Below, piece after piece: positions 1-7,472 of a stretch of DNA of 64,000 nucleotides. The DNA is taken from positions 1 through 64,000 of IMG/VR virus record IMGVR_UViG_3300025132_000028. One strand, 5' to 3'. Positions within the stretch are counted from its first letter, which is position 1. Each line of letters starts with the position of its first letter. The notes beneath the pieces were generated by a model. The model made no database searches. It worked only from the letters and a program-made list of their open reading frames with translations, and was not told the DNA's origin. The translations under genes were made by a program, and so were the position numbers. The stretch comes from a virus.

Positions 1-10
1 GGGAATTTTC

Positions 11-205
11 ATGAAAACTAAACGTCAAATCAAACTATCCGTGTTAATGGACAAACTATGTGACCTCGGATGGGAATACACTTGTAATAGAATGTCACGC
101 AGCGGTATGCAAACCTATGATGAGATTTTACAATACGTAGGGGCATTGAATTCTAATGAGCATTGGAACGAAGATGCATACATTGACAAACAGTGTGACC
201 ATTAG
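11..205 (+). CDS. early hypothetical protein
   Basis: 64-aa ORF ending exactly at the first repeated promoter module; same strand and size class as the neighbouring early ORFs. Confidence 0.75.
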   Translation: MKTKRQIKLSVLMDKLCDLGWEYTCNRMSRSGMQTYDEILQYVGALNSNEHWNEDAYIDKQCDH

Positions 206-292
206 TGGACAGTTAACAAAGTGGCACATGGGGAGGTTTACACCTCCCTTTGTCGTGTATAATAATAGTATACACAAACAGGTTTCCACAAC
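205..292 (+). promoter_or_regulatory. early promoter module 1 (palindromic box + sigma70-type -10 + leader)
   Basis: GTGGACAGT-TAACAA-AGTGGCAC at 205-227; GGGAGGT/ACCTCCC hairpin 231-248; TATAAT 258-263; leader CAAACAGGTTTCCACA. Confidence 0.8.
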
Positions 293-475
293 ATGTACGC
301 AACTGATCGTTTTAAAATTGACAGAGCACCAGTAGTCGCAGCATCCGATGCAGCAGATGAATTACTTGAAATTTTCAACATGTACCCACAGGAAGATGGT
401 AGTGATGAATACATGGCGGGTCTTTGTCGTGAGTTAGTATCACATTTAAACGAAGCATTAGGAGTAGAAGACTAA
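293..475 (+). CDS. early hypothetical protein
   Basis: 60-aa ORF directly after module 1. Confidence 0.75.
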   Translation: MYATDRFKIDRAPVVAASDAADELLEIFNMYPQEDGSDEYMAGLCRELVSHLNEALGVED

Positions 476-654
476 TGAACAAAAATTACTACATTAAAGA
501 AATCAGAGACTTAAGCAAAAACTATGATGCAGATGCCCAGTCAAAGATACTTGATGAACTTACAGATAAATTCTTTGATGTTAAAGGTATCAAAGAATTA
601 TATGACGTCCTTATGAAGGAAGTATATGGCGACGGAGGATTAAAAGGTTATTAA
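475..654 (+). CDS. early hypothetical protein (59 aa, MNKNYYIKEI...GLKGY; not in ORF track)
   Basis: ATG overlaps upstream stop (TAATG); open to TAA 652-654; fills the gap to module 2. Confidence 0.75.
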   Translation: MNKNYYIKEIRDLSKNYDADAQSKILDELTDKFFDVKGIKELYDVLMKEVYGDGGLKGY

Positions 655-748
655 GTGTGACAGTTAATAAAGTGTCCACTATCACTTGCAACATGCCCCC
701 TTTTATGGGTATAATAGTAGTATAAACAAACAAAGGTTTCCACAAACT
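655..748 (+). promoter_or_regulatory. early promoter module 2
   Basis: GTGTGACAGT-TAATAA-AGTGTCCAC 655-679; TTGCAA 686-691, 18-nt spacer, TATAAT 710-715; leader CAAACAAAGGTTTCCACA. Confidence 0.8.
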
Positions 749-925
749 ATGTCAACATTACATCATGAATCCATATTTGAAGATTGTATGGAACAAGCAA
801 TCACAGAATTCTGTGAATCAAACAAATTAAACAGTAAGATGTTCAATTTGATCAAAGATCATTTAGGTGTTCAATTAGCACTTGATAAAAAAGCAAACTT
901 AATATTTGAAGGGAGGTGTGTATAA
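749..925 (+). CDS. early hypothetical protein (MSTLHHESIF...)
   Basis: ATG 749 follows module 2 leader; the track start at 686 lies inside the promoter. Confidence 0.75.
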   Translation: MSTLHHESIFEDCMEQAITEFCESNKLNSKMFNLIKDHLGVQLALDKKANLIFEGRCV

Positions 926-1098
926 TGATTGAAAAATTCATTGAAGTTCCAAACACGAACATCCGAGAGAGAGTCCAAACGACTTTCGCATATGATTTAC
1001 TTTATGACATGGCACAACAATATGGTCATGCCCAAATCGTATGGTATGCTCTTAATGGTAAAAGAGTCGTTGAAGGGGAGTATACTTCAAATGACTAA
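925..1098 (+). CDS. early hypothetical protein (MIEKFIEVPN...)
   Basis: TAATG coupling with upstream gene; GGAGG at about -12. Confidence 0.75.
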   Translation: MIEKFIEVPNTNIRERVQTTFAYDLLYDMAQQYGHAQIVWYALNGKRVVEGEYTSND

Positions 1099-1327
1099 TA
1101 AAAAGTTTTCACAGTACAAATCATTTAAATCCGAAAGGAGTAATGGTATTAATATTGAGTTGACACAAACTCAATACGATTATCTTTATGAAGTCGTTAT
1201 GTTTGCATATGAAATGGAAGTCCCAGAGCAGAAAGAATGGGACATGCAAACCTTTGATAATATGCTTCATAATGTCACTAATGGTCAATCTACCATATTA
1301 AGTAACAACGTGAGAGGTGTACTGTGA
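1091..1327 (+). CDS. early hypothetical protein (MTNKKFSQY...)
   Basis: ATG 1091 preceded by GGGGAG; 3' part of track ORF 929..1327. Confidence 0.7.
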   Translation: MTNKKFSQYKSFKSERSNGINIELTQTQYDYLYEVVMFAYEMEVPEQKEWDMQTFDNMLHNVTNGQSTILSNNVRGVL

Positions 1328-1411
1328 CAGTTAACAAAGTGGCACAAGGGGGGTTTCTTTTGATCTCCCTATTGTTTATAATAAGTACATAACAAACAAA
1401 GGTTCTCACAC
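1323..1411 (+). promoter_or_regulatory. early promoter module 3
   Basis: TGTGACAGT-TAACAA-AGTGGCAC 1323-1345; TATAAT 1377-1382; leader CAAACAAAGGTTCTCACA. Confidence 0.8.
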
Positions 1412-1648
1412 ATGACCAAAACAGAAAGATTAATTAAAAGAATAAAGGAAGTTGATTCTTTTGAAAACATGGCATACGTTTGCGAAGACTTCGCAACTTT
1501 CATTGACGAAGTAAGCGAGTGGGGAGTAGACCACATTGCCCAAGTTGACTTTGACGATCCAGAGGTTAACGTCCCAATGATGAACGAATTTTTCGCATCA
1601 TTCGGATGCACACCATCAAACCCACATCCAGCAGGGAGGTATGCGTAA
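1412..1648 (+). CDS. early hypothetical protein
   Basis: 78-aa acidic ORF directly after module 3. Confidence 0.75.
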   Translation: MTKTERLIKRIKEVDSFENMAYVCEDFATFIDEVSEWGVDHIAQVDFDDPEVNVPMMNEFFASFGCTPSNPHPAGRYA

Positions 1649-1740
1649 TGGTTGAAACATTTTTAACAATCGGTGTAATCGTCGTATTTGCGGATCTTAA
1701 TGATCGCTTAAGTGAATACATCAGAAATAGGAAGCACTAA
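1648..1740 (+). CDS. 30-aa hypothetical peptide with hydrophobic N-terminus (MVETFLTIGVIVVFADL...)
   Basis: TAATG coupling on both sides, GGAGG upstream. Confidence 0.6.
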   Translation: MVETFLTIGVIVVFADLNDRLSEYIRNRKH

Positions 1741-1892
1741 TGAATTACGACGAAATCCTTAAGTGTTATGATGGTGTAACCGAACAACACGCAAACACGT
1801 CTTTTGAGTTCGGGTTAATGAACGACACCTATTATAACCTATTCAGAGAGCATGATGTGTTAGAGTATGCCACTAAACAAACTGGCACATGA
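1740..1892 (+). CDS. early hypothetical protein (50 aa, MNYDEILKCY...)
   Basis: TAATG coupling; open to TGA 1890-1892, 3' end overlaps module 4. Confidence 0.65.
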   Translation: MNYDEILKCYDGVTEQHANTSFEFGLMNDTYYNLFREHDVLEYATKQTGT

Positions 1893-1950
1893 CCTATACA
1901 CAGTTCATATATAACCCCTTATAATAAGTACATACCACACAGGAGCATTC
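1866..1950 (+). promoter_or_regulatory. early promoter module 4
   Basis: ATGCCACT-AAACAA-ACTGGCAC ending 1888; TATAAT 1920-1925; AGGAG RBS before ATG 1951. Confidence 0.75.
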
Positions 1951-2202
1951 ATGACTTCAACTTATCAAACAACTACAACTGACACAGACTACAACGGTTG
2001 GACTAATTATGAGACATGGAACGCAGCACTTTGGATAGGCAGCGATGAAGGACTTTATGACATCGCCCGCAGAGCGATGGACTGGTCACACTTACTTGAG
2101 ATCTTCAACAACTATGGCATAGACACCACAGGAGACAAGGTAAGATGGGATGACCCATTAATCAACTCATGTGAGATGGATGAGATGCTGGAGGAACTCT
2201 GA
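1951..2202 (+). CDS. conserved phage early protein (YNGWTNYETWN motif family)
   Basis: 83-aa ORF with RBS; YNGWxNYETWNxxLW motif recurrent in phage hypothetical proteins. Confidence 0.8.
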   Translation: MTSTYQTTTTDTDYNGWTNYETWNAALWIGSDEGLYDIARRAMDWSHLLEIFNNYGIDTTGDKVRWDDPLINSCEMDEMLEEL

Positions 2203-2208
2203 TCCTCT

Positions 2209-2339
2209 GGGCATTGGTCAGGCAAGGGTGGGCGACCCCAACGGAACATGCCCTTTATGTGTGGAGACCTCTGACCAAGTAAGACCCATTGTTTGTGAGG
2301 TGAAGTTCTGCCTTTATGGAGCAACAGACAACACCTCAC
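2209..2339 (+). ncRNA. putative structured RNA, family unknown
   Basis: GC-rich non-coding stretch with stems TTGGTCAG 2214-2221/CTGACCAA 2271-2278 and GTGAGGTG/CACCTCAC (2295-2339). Confidence 0.4.
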
Positions 2340-2355
2340 CCTTATATAATACGTT

Positions 2356-2384
2356 AGGGGCAATGGTTATGCCCCTTTCTTATT
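2356..2384 (+). terminator. intrinsic terminator closing the early cluster
   Basis: AGGGGCA-ATGGTTA-TGCCCCT followed by TTCTTATT. Confidence 0.7.
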
Positions 2385-2499
2385 GTGTGTTTAATCGCGT
2401 AGGTACCATCTAACCTACAGAGGTGACAATTCGACCTTTAAATATACTTCAAATGAAAATTTTTTCCGCCATATATAAACTCAGAGAGGGTCGATACAA

Positions 2500-2856
2500 A
2501 TGAACTATAACTATCACGAAGTAATGGAAGTATACAAGAGACCAATGAGTGTCAGGTATATACCACAGATTTTCTGGGTGTTTGTATGCTTGATATCATT
2601 AACGTTATTTCCTACTATCACTCATGCAAATCACTTACCCGTGATGTACGTTCAAGTACCTCAATGGGCAGATGACTGGGCAGTCTGTGCTGTTGATATA
2701 CCTGATGCAAAATGTCATTGGTATGTGATAGCACCTGATAATACATTCGGTGAAGGATTCTCTTGGGAAGATGCACCATGGTTTGATGCAAATGGTCTTA
2801 ATGATGTTGCACCCATGCAAGCATCAACAGTTGTGGAAAAATTACAAAAGAGATGA
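2500..2856 (+). CDS. hypothetical membrane-anchored or secreted protein
   Basis: 118 aa; hydrophobic segment IFWVFVCLISLTLFPTI then Trp/Asp-rich domain with two Cys. Confidence 0.75.
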   Translation: MNYNYHEVMEVYKRPMSVRYIPQIFWVFVCLISLTLFPTITHANHLPVMYVQVPQWADDWAVCAVDIPDAKCHWYVIAPDNTFGEGFSWEDAPWFDANGLNDVAPMQASTVVEKLQKR

Positions 2857-3032
2857 AGCACATTCGCAAAACAGTGATTCAACAAGATCCTCAAACAGGA
2901 GATCTATATGTTACAATTCCAGAAGAAGTCCTTAAAGATCTCACATGGGAAGAAGGAGATGTGGTAGAATGGGAGATGAAATCAGAAGTTGAACTTACTT
3001 GTAAATTTATCGATGAGGAAGAGGATTTGTAA
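2853..3032 (+). CDS. AbrB/MazE/SpoVT-like small DNA-binding protein (59 aa; not in ORF track)
   Basis: MKHIRKTVIQQDPQTGDLYVTIPEEVLKDLTWEEGDVVEWEM...: G-x-L-x-V-x-IP-x(3)-L-x(2)-L-x-W-x-EGD-x-V pattern of swapped-hairpin regulators; ATGA overlap with upstream stop. Confidence 0.7.
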   Translation: MKHIRKTVIQQDPQTGDLYVTIPEEVLKDLTWEEGDVVEWEMKSEVELTCKFIDEEEDL

Positions 3033-3034
3033 TC

Positions 3035-3205
3035 ATGTATAATATTGTTATTAAAGATAAGGTAGTTTATGATCATCTCTCAAACGAAGAAAAAGATAAT
3101 ACACTCAAGATGCTCAAAACAATTATTGATAATAAGTTACTTAATGATTTCAAATACACATTCGATGACATTAAAGTAGAGGAGGTTTATGACTTCGACA
3201 ACTAG
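3035..3205 (+). CDS. hypothetical protein (56 aa, MYNIVIKDKVVYDHLSNEE...)
   Basis: open frame after GAGGA RBS; paralogous motif with 3189 and 4155 ORFs. Confidence 0.7.
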   Translation: MYNIVIKDKVVYDHLSNEEKDNTLKMLKTIIDNKLLNDFKYTFDDIKVEEVYDFDN

Positions 3206-3365
3206 CGTAACATATCACATTTACTTAAACGACAGATGTTTGTTTAAAAATTTAAATCAAGAAGAGTTTGATATAATATGGGGAAGAATATACCGTTCTT
3301 ATTGGGATGGTCTTACATACACAGAATGTCTTGGTGATGTATGTACCGAAGAATCCTCTTATTGA
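3189..3365 (+). CDS. hypothetical protein (58 aa, MTSTTSVTYHIYLNDRCLFKNLNQEEF...)
   Basis: GGAGG RBS, open to TGA 3363-3365. Confidence 0.7.
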   Translation: MTSTTSVTYHIYLNDRCLFKNLNQEEFDIIWGRIYRSYWDGLTYTECLGDVCTEESSY

Positions 3366-3390
3366 CAATGACTACATACTATAGTATGAT
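3362..3390 (+). promoter_or_regulatory. sigma70-type promoter
   Basis: TTGACA 3362-3367, 17 nt, TATGAT 3385-3390. Confidence 0.75.
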
Positions 3391-3412
3391 AATGATGTAA
3401 CCCACTCAAATT

Positions 3413-4177
3413 ATGGCTAAAGGATTTACTGTAAAAGCAAAGACCCCAACTAAGGGCGGAAATAAAAAAGAACCAGAATACGACTACGAAAAAGCAAAAG
3501 AACTGATAAAAGGTAAGGCAGTTGTACTGTGCCTACCTGGTCGTGGTTGTTCATATGCATTCATGAAGAACTTTGTTCAACTATGTTTTGATCTAGTACA
3601 AATGGGAGTGAGTATTCAGATCTCTCAAGATTACTCATCAATGGTTAACTTTGCACGTTGTAAGGTATTAGGTGCAAATGTTCTCCGTGGTCCTAACCAA
3701 ATCCCATGGGACGGCAAACTCAAGTATGATTATCAACTGTGGATTGATAGTGATATTATCTTTAACTCTGCACAATTTCTGCAGTTAGTTCTTATGCAGA
3801 AGGATATTGCTGCTGGTTGGTACATGACCGAAGATGGACGCACAACTTCTGTTGCTCACTGGTTGGAGGAGCAAGACTTCCGTACCAATGGAGGTGTCAT
3901 GAATCATGAAACTGGTGAAAGTATGCAAAAGCGCCGTAAGCCCTTCACGGTGGACTACACAGGATTTGGGTGGGTACTGATCAAAAATGGAGTTTTTGAA
4001 CACGAAGAAATGAAATATCCTTGGTTTGCTCCTAAGATGCAAGAATTTGAGTCTGGAGAGGTACAAGATATGTGCGGAGAAGATGTTTCTTTCTGTCTAG
4101 ATGCGATTGCAGCAGGTTTTGAGATCTACTGTGACCCAAATATCAGAGTTGGACATGAAAAAACAAGAGTTATCTGA
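3413..4177 (+). CDS. GT-A (family 2-like) glycosyltransferase
   Basis: LWIDSD (DxD), VDYTGFGWVLIK..VF, GEDVSFC and VGH motifs typical of GT-A fold proteins. Confidence 0.75.
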   Translation: MAKGFTVKAKTPTKGGNKKEPEYDYEKAKELIKGKAVVLCLPGRGCSYAFMKNFVQLCFDLVQMGVSIQISQDYSSMVNFARCKVLGANVLRGPNQIPWDGKLKYDYQLWIDSDIIFNSAQFLQLVLMQKDIAAGWYMTEDGRTTSVAHWLEEQDFRTNGGVMNHETGESMQKRRKPFTVDYTGFGWVLIKNGVFEHEEMKYPWFAPKMQEFESGEVQDMCGEDVSFCLDAIAAGFEIYCDPNIRVGHEKTRVI

Positions 4178-4325
4178 TAGATATAACGTTTCAATCAAGG
4201 GTGTAGTGGCATGGAAGGATCTTTCAGAGGAAGAAATGTTCAATACTCTTGAAGATCTTGCCATTCAGTACTACGAAAAGGGGCATCCTAACGCAAAAGA
4301 CATTAATGTAGAGGTAATTAAGTGA
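4155..4325 (+). CDS. hypothetical protein (56 aa)
   Basis: ATG 4155 in frame of track ORF 4101..4325; paralogous to 3035 ORF. Confidence 0.65.
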   Translation: MKKQELSDRYNVSIKGVVAWKDLSEEEMFNTLEDLAIQYYEKGHPNAKDINVEVIK

Positions 4326-4435
4326 ATACTATTGAAAGAAAACCGAAAAAAACAAAACAAGGGAAGGGTAGACATACAAAATATGCTGCAAGTTCCCGTA
4401 ATTCCAAGAAAAAGCGTCCTAGAGGTCAAGGATGA
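4322..4435 (+). CDS. 37-aa highly basic peptide (...KPKKTKQGKGRHTKYAASSRNSKKKRPRGQG)
   Basis: GTG start with GAGG RBS, overlaps both neighbours by 4 nt; resembles a small basic protein seen upstream of gp25 in T4-like cyanophages. Confidence 0.65.
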   Translation: MNTIERKPKKTKQGKGRHTKYAASSRNSKKKRPRGQG

Positions 4436-5118
4436 ACCTAATTTGCAATCTTCCTGCCGAAAAAGTTTGGGTACGTAAGGAATATTTGCGAGATCATCAA
4501 GATGGACATGGTGAATATGTAGAGGGCGTCTGGGTTTCGGCAAAATCGATACCTGGTCGCGCTTTTTACTTTGAGACATACCTACCAGAATACGGTGCAA
4601 TGTTCGATAAACTGCCTATTAGTGCATTTGTCAGAGCACCAAAGGCACCAGATCCTGATATGACACTTGAAAATCTCCAATTTTGGAACTGTATGGACTA
4701 TGGAGTCGTGGCAATCAACAAAGGTTTCGTCTCTTCAATGGATTGTGAGGTCTATACAAGAGATCATGGATTCATTAAAGGTCAATATTTGTTTACATTA
4801 GACAATTACCATGCAAATCCAGACGTAGTAGACAATAATGTAAGTGAAGTTCCACAAGAACACAAGTCTCATAACTGCATAGCACTCGAAAATGGGCAGT
4901 TTGCACTGTATCCTAACAATCGGATGCGTCTATATGACCTTTCTATCACTCCTGAGATGCCAAAGAAACCTGATTTTAAGGTTTCTACTATAGAATATCA
5001 AGTTGAGGCAGGAACAGACTGGGGAAGACTGGGAGATACTGATGAATATTTCTGGGAAACAGCAAAAGAGAGGTCAGTTAGCGAGTGGATTGACGAAAAA
5101 AGTGGAGAAATTGAGTAG
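4432..5118 (+). CDS. conserved hypothetical phage protein
   Basis: 228-aa ORF with normal composition; EHKSHN..L.NGQFALYPNNR motif. Confidence 0.8.
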   Translation: MNLICNLPAEKVWVRKEYLRDHQDGHGEYVEGVWVSAKSIPGRAFYFETYLPEYGAMFDKLPISAFVRAPKAPDPDMTLENLQFWNCMDYGVVAINKGFVSSMDCEVYTRDHGFIKGQYLFTLDNYHANPDVVDNNVSEVPQEHKSHNCIALENGQFALYPNNRMRLYDLSITPEMPKKPDFKVSTIEYQVEAGTDWGRLGDTDEYFWETAKERSVSEWIDEKSGEIE

Positions 5119-5144
5119 TTGTAAAAAAAGTTGTCGTTAATACG

Positions 5145-5152
5145 TATAAATA
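5145..5152 (+). promoter_or_regulatory. T4-type late promoter
   Basis: TATAAATA 20 nt upstream of gp25. Confidence 0.8.
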
Positions 5153-5171
5153 AATTTAAAGCTACGATAAT

Positions 5172-5579
5172 ATGCCTATTTCCAATAGGATTACCTCAAA
5201 ATCGTTCAAAGATATCAGTTTTTCATTCACACCTCACCCAGTAACGAATGATTTGCTCGTTGTTAAGAACGAAGATGCAATAAAGACAGCAATTAAGAAT
5301 TGTGTTTTTACACTTCCTGGTGAAAAATTTTTTAATGCACAATTTGGATCGCCAATAAGAGATACTCTGTTTAATTTAATTGATGATGCAACTGCTTCTG
5401 TAGTTTCTGATACAATTAAGAACACAATTCAGTTATATGAAACTAGAGTTAGTAATGTTAGTGTTGAAGTTGAGTCTAGACCTGACCTAAATGCATTTGG
5501 AGTAACAATATTTTATGATATTATTGGGGATTTATCCTCAGCCCAAGCAATTTCGTTCATCCTAGAGGCTACAAGATAA
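5172..5579 (+). CDS. gp25: baseplate wedge subunit
   Basis: FKDIS.SF..HPVT.DL..KNEDAI...PGEK.F...FGS..YE.RV motifs; precedes gp6. Confidence 0.92.
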   Translation: MPISNRITSKSFKDISFSFTPHPVTNDLLVVKNEDAIKTAIKNCVFTLPGEKFFNAQFGSPIRDTLFNLIDDATASVVSDTIKNTIQLYETRVSNVSVEVESRPDLNAFGVTIFYDIIGDLSSAQAISFILEATR

Positions 5580-7471
5580 TGCCATCTAATAAGTTTACAA
5601 ATTTAGACTATGAGGATATTAAATCCTCTATTAAAGACTACCTAAGAGCAAATACCGACTTTACTGGTTTTGACTATGAAGGGTCAAACATGTCGGTTCT
5701 TATCGATACATTAGCATATAACACATATCAGACTGCATTTAACACTAATATGGTTGTTAATGAATCTTTTATAGATTCTGCTACTCTTAGAGAGAACGTT
5801 GTTTCACTTGCTAGAAATATTGGTTATGTTCCTAGATCAAGAACTGCTGCACAAGGTACAATAAGTCTTAGTGTTACTGATCCAAGTAGTGTTATCAATG
5901 GAAATACACTGACTTTAAGAAAGGGTCTAGTTTGTACTGGTGATTCTTCTGGAACAACATATGCTTTTGCCATTCCAGAGGATAGAACAGTAGCAGTTGT
6001 AAATGGAGTTGCTGATTTTGGGCAGTTTGAGGTATATGAAGGAACATTATTATCAAAAGCATTTACAGTTAGTGGTCATAGTGAGCAGAAGTTTGTTTTA
6101 GATAATCCATTTATTGATACATCGACTATTAGAAGTGTTATTTTTAGACCTGGAGAGATTGGAGATGGTAGAAGATATAGATTAGTTGATAATATCGTTA
6201 AAATTACCAAAGACTCTGAAATTTTCCTACTTCAGGAGATTGAAGATGAAAAATATGAAGTTCTTTTTGGTGATGGATTTTTTGGTAAGAAATTAGATCC
6301 AAATACAGATATTAGAATCGATTATATTGTAACTGAGGGTAGAGAAGGAAACGGTGCTCGTAATTTTTCATTTGGAGGAGATTTTTATGATGGTTTGAAT
6401 GTTAGTGTAAATCAGAGCACTCTAACTATCACGTTAACTACCGTTCAAGCCGCTCAGAGTGGCGATGAGATCGAGTCAATTAACTCAGTTAAGTATTATG
6501 CTCCTAGGTTATATTCATCGCAATACAGGGCGGTTTCTGCAACTGATTATGAAGCGATAATTCAGCAAATTTATCCCGATACTGAGAGTGTTTCAGTCGT
6601 TGGTGGTGAAGAGTTAGACCCACCACAATTTGGAAATGTCATAATTAGTATCAAACCAAGAAATGCTAACTTTATTTCTGACTTTACTAAACAACAAATT
6701 ACAACTGAGTTAAAGAAATTTGCTCTTGCAGGAATTAATCAACAATTAGTTGATCTACAAATCCTAACTGTTGAGTATGATTGTTTTGTATATTATAACA
6801 GTAATATATTCAATGATGTATCTACTCTTCAAACAAGAATCAGTAATTCTGTTCAAAAGTATGCTAATTCCTTAGATCTCAATAAATTCGGTGGAAGATT
6901 CAAGTATAGTAAGTTCGTTAATATTGTCGATGATTCTGATAGATCGATTACGTCAAATATTACAAGAATCCAAATGAGAAGAGACCTTCGTGCAGAAATT
7001 AATGTTACGAGTCAATATGAATTATGTTATGGTAACCAATTCCACGTTAATTTAGAAGGTAGGAACATTAAATCCACTGCTTTTAATATCAGAGGAGAAA
7101 GTGCACCTGTTTACTTTAGTGATGAACCAGATGGCAGCACAACCACAGGAAGACTAACTATTGTTAGCGTAGATAGTAATGGTGAAGTTGTTACTATAGA
7201 CGGTAATGCAGGTACAGTTGATTATACGCATGGAGAAGTTCTTATTAATTCAATTTTCATTACTGGAACTTCTTTAAGTCAAAATATTATTGAAATACAA
7301 GCAACTCCAGAGTCTAATGATGTCATAGGATTAAAAGATTTGTACCTCAATGTAGATTTATCTAAAAGTACTATAAATATGATTAAAGATACGATTAGTT
7401 CGGGAGATCAGATTTCTGGAGTATCATATCCAACTTCTTCTAGCTACACTAACGGATCACTAACTCGATAG
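5579..7471 (+). CDS. gp6: baseplate wedge subunit
   Basis: LDY.DIK..IKDYLR...FT..DYEGSNMSVLID.LAYNT, SATLRENVVSLA, FGDG..G, RAV...DY motifs. Confidence 0.95.
   Translation: MPSNKFTNLDYEDIKSSIKDYLRANTDFTGFDYEGSNMSVLIDTLAYNTYQTAFNTNMVVNESFIDSATLRENVVSLARNIGYVPRSRTAAQGTISLSVTDPSSVINGNTLTLRKGLVCTGDSSGTTYAFAIPEDRTVAVVNGVADFGQFEVYEGTLLSKAFTVSGHSEQKFVLDNPFIDTSTIRSVIFRPGEIGDGRRYRLVDNIVKITKDSEIFLLQEIEDEKYEVLFGDGFFGKKLDPNTDIRIDYIVTEGREGNGARNFSFGGDFYDGLNVSVNQSTLTITLTTVQAAQSGDEIESINSVKYYAPRLYSSQYRAVSATDYEAIIQQIYPDTESVSVVGGEELDPPQFGNVIISIKPRNANFISDFTKQQITTELKKFALAGINQQLVDLQILTVEYDCFVYYNSNIFNDVSTLQTRISNSVQKYANSLDLNKFGGRFKYSKFVNIVDDSDRSITSNITRIQMRRDLRAEINVTSQYELCYGNQFHVNLEGRNIKSTAFNIRGESAPVYFSDEPDGSTTTGRLTIVSVDSNGEVVTIDGNAGTVDYTHGEVLINSIFITGTSLSQNIIEIQATPESNDVIGLKDLYLNVDLSKSTINMIKDTISSGDQISGVSYPTSSSYTNGSLTR
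7372..7379 (+). promoter_or_regulatory. T4-type late promoter for gp7
   Basis: TATAAATA inside the 3' end of gp6. Confidence 0.6.
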
Positions 7472-7472
7472 A

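Noticed and set aside
686-1090. Track starts at 686, 916 and 929
   Set aside because: 686 is inside a promoter and the others overlap upstream genes; starts at 749, 925 and 1091 have leaders, RBS or coupling
205-1950. Repeats as a CRISPR array
   Set aside because: Repeats are degenerate, separated by 450-670 nt of coding sequence and tied to promoters; no cas genes
2209-2278. HDV-like ribozyme or c-di-GMP-I riboswitch interpretation of the structured RNA
   Set aside because: Crossing stems are present, but I could not place the P3/L3/P1.1 core or the GNRA tetraloop and receptor
2171-2413. 80-aa + ORF and 83-aa minus ORF (2112..2363) over the structured region
   Set aside because: They overlap a real gene, the + ORF runs through a terminator, and composition is atypical; base-pairing explains the sequence better
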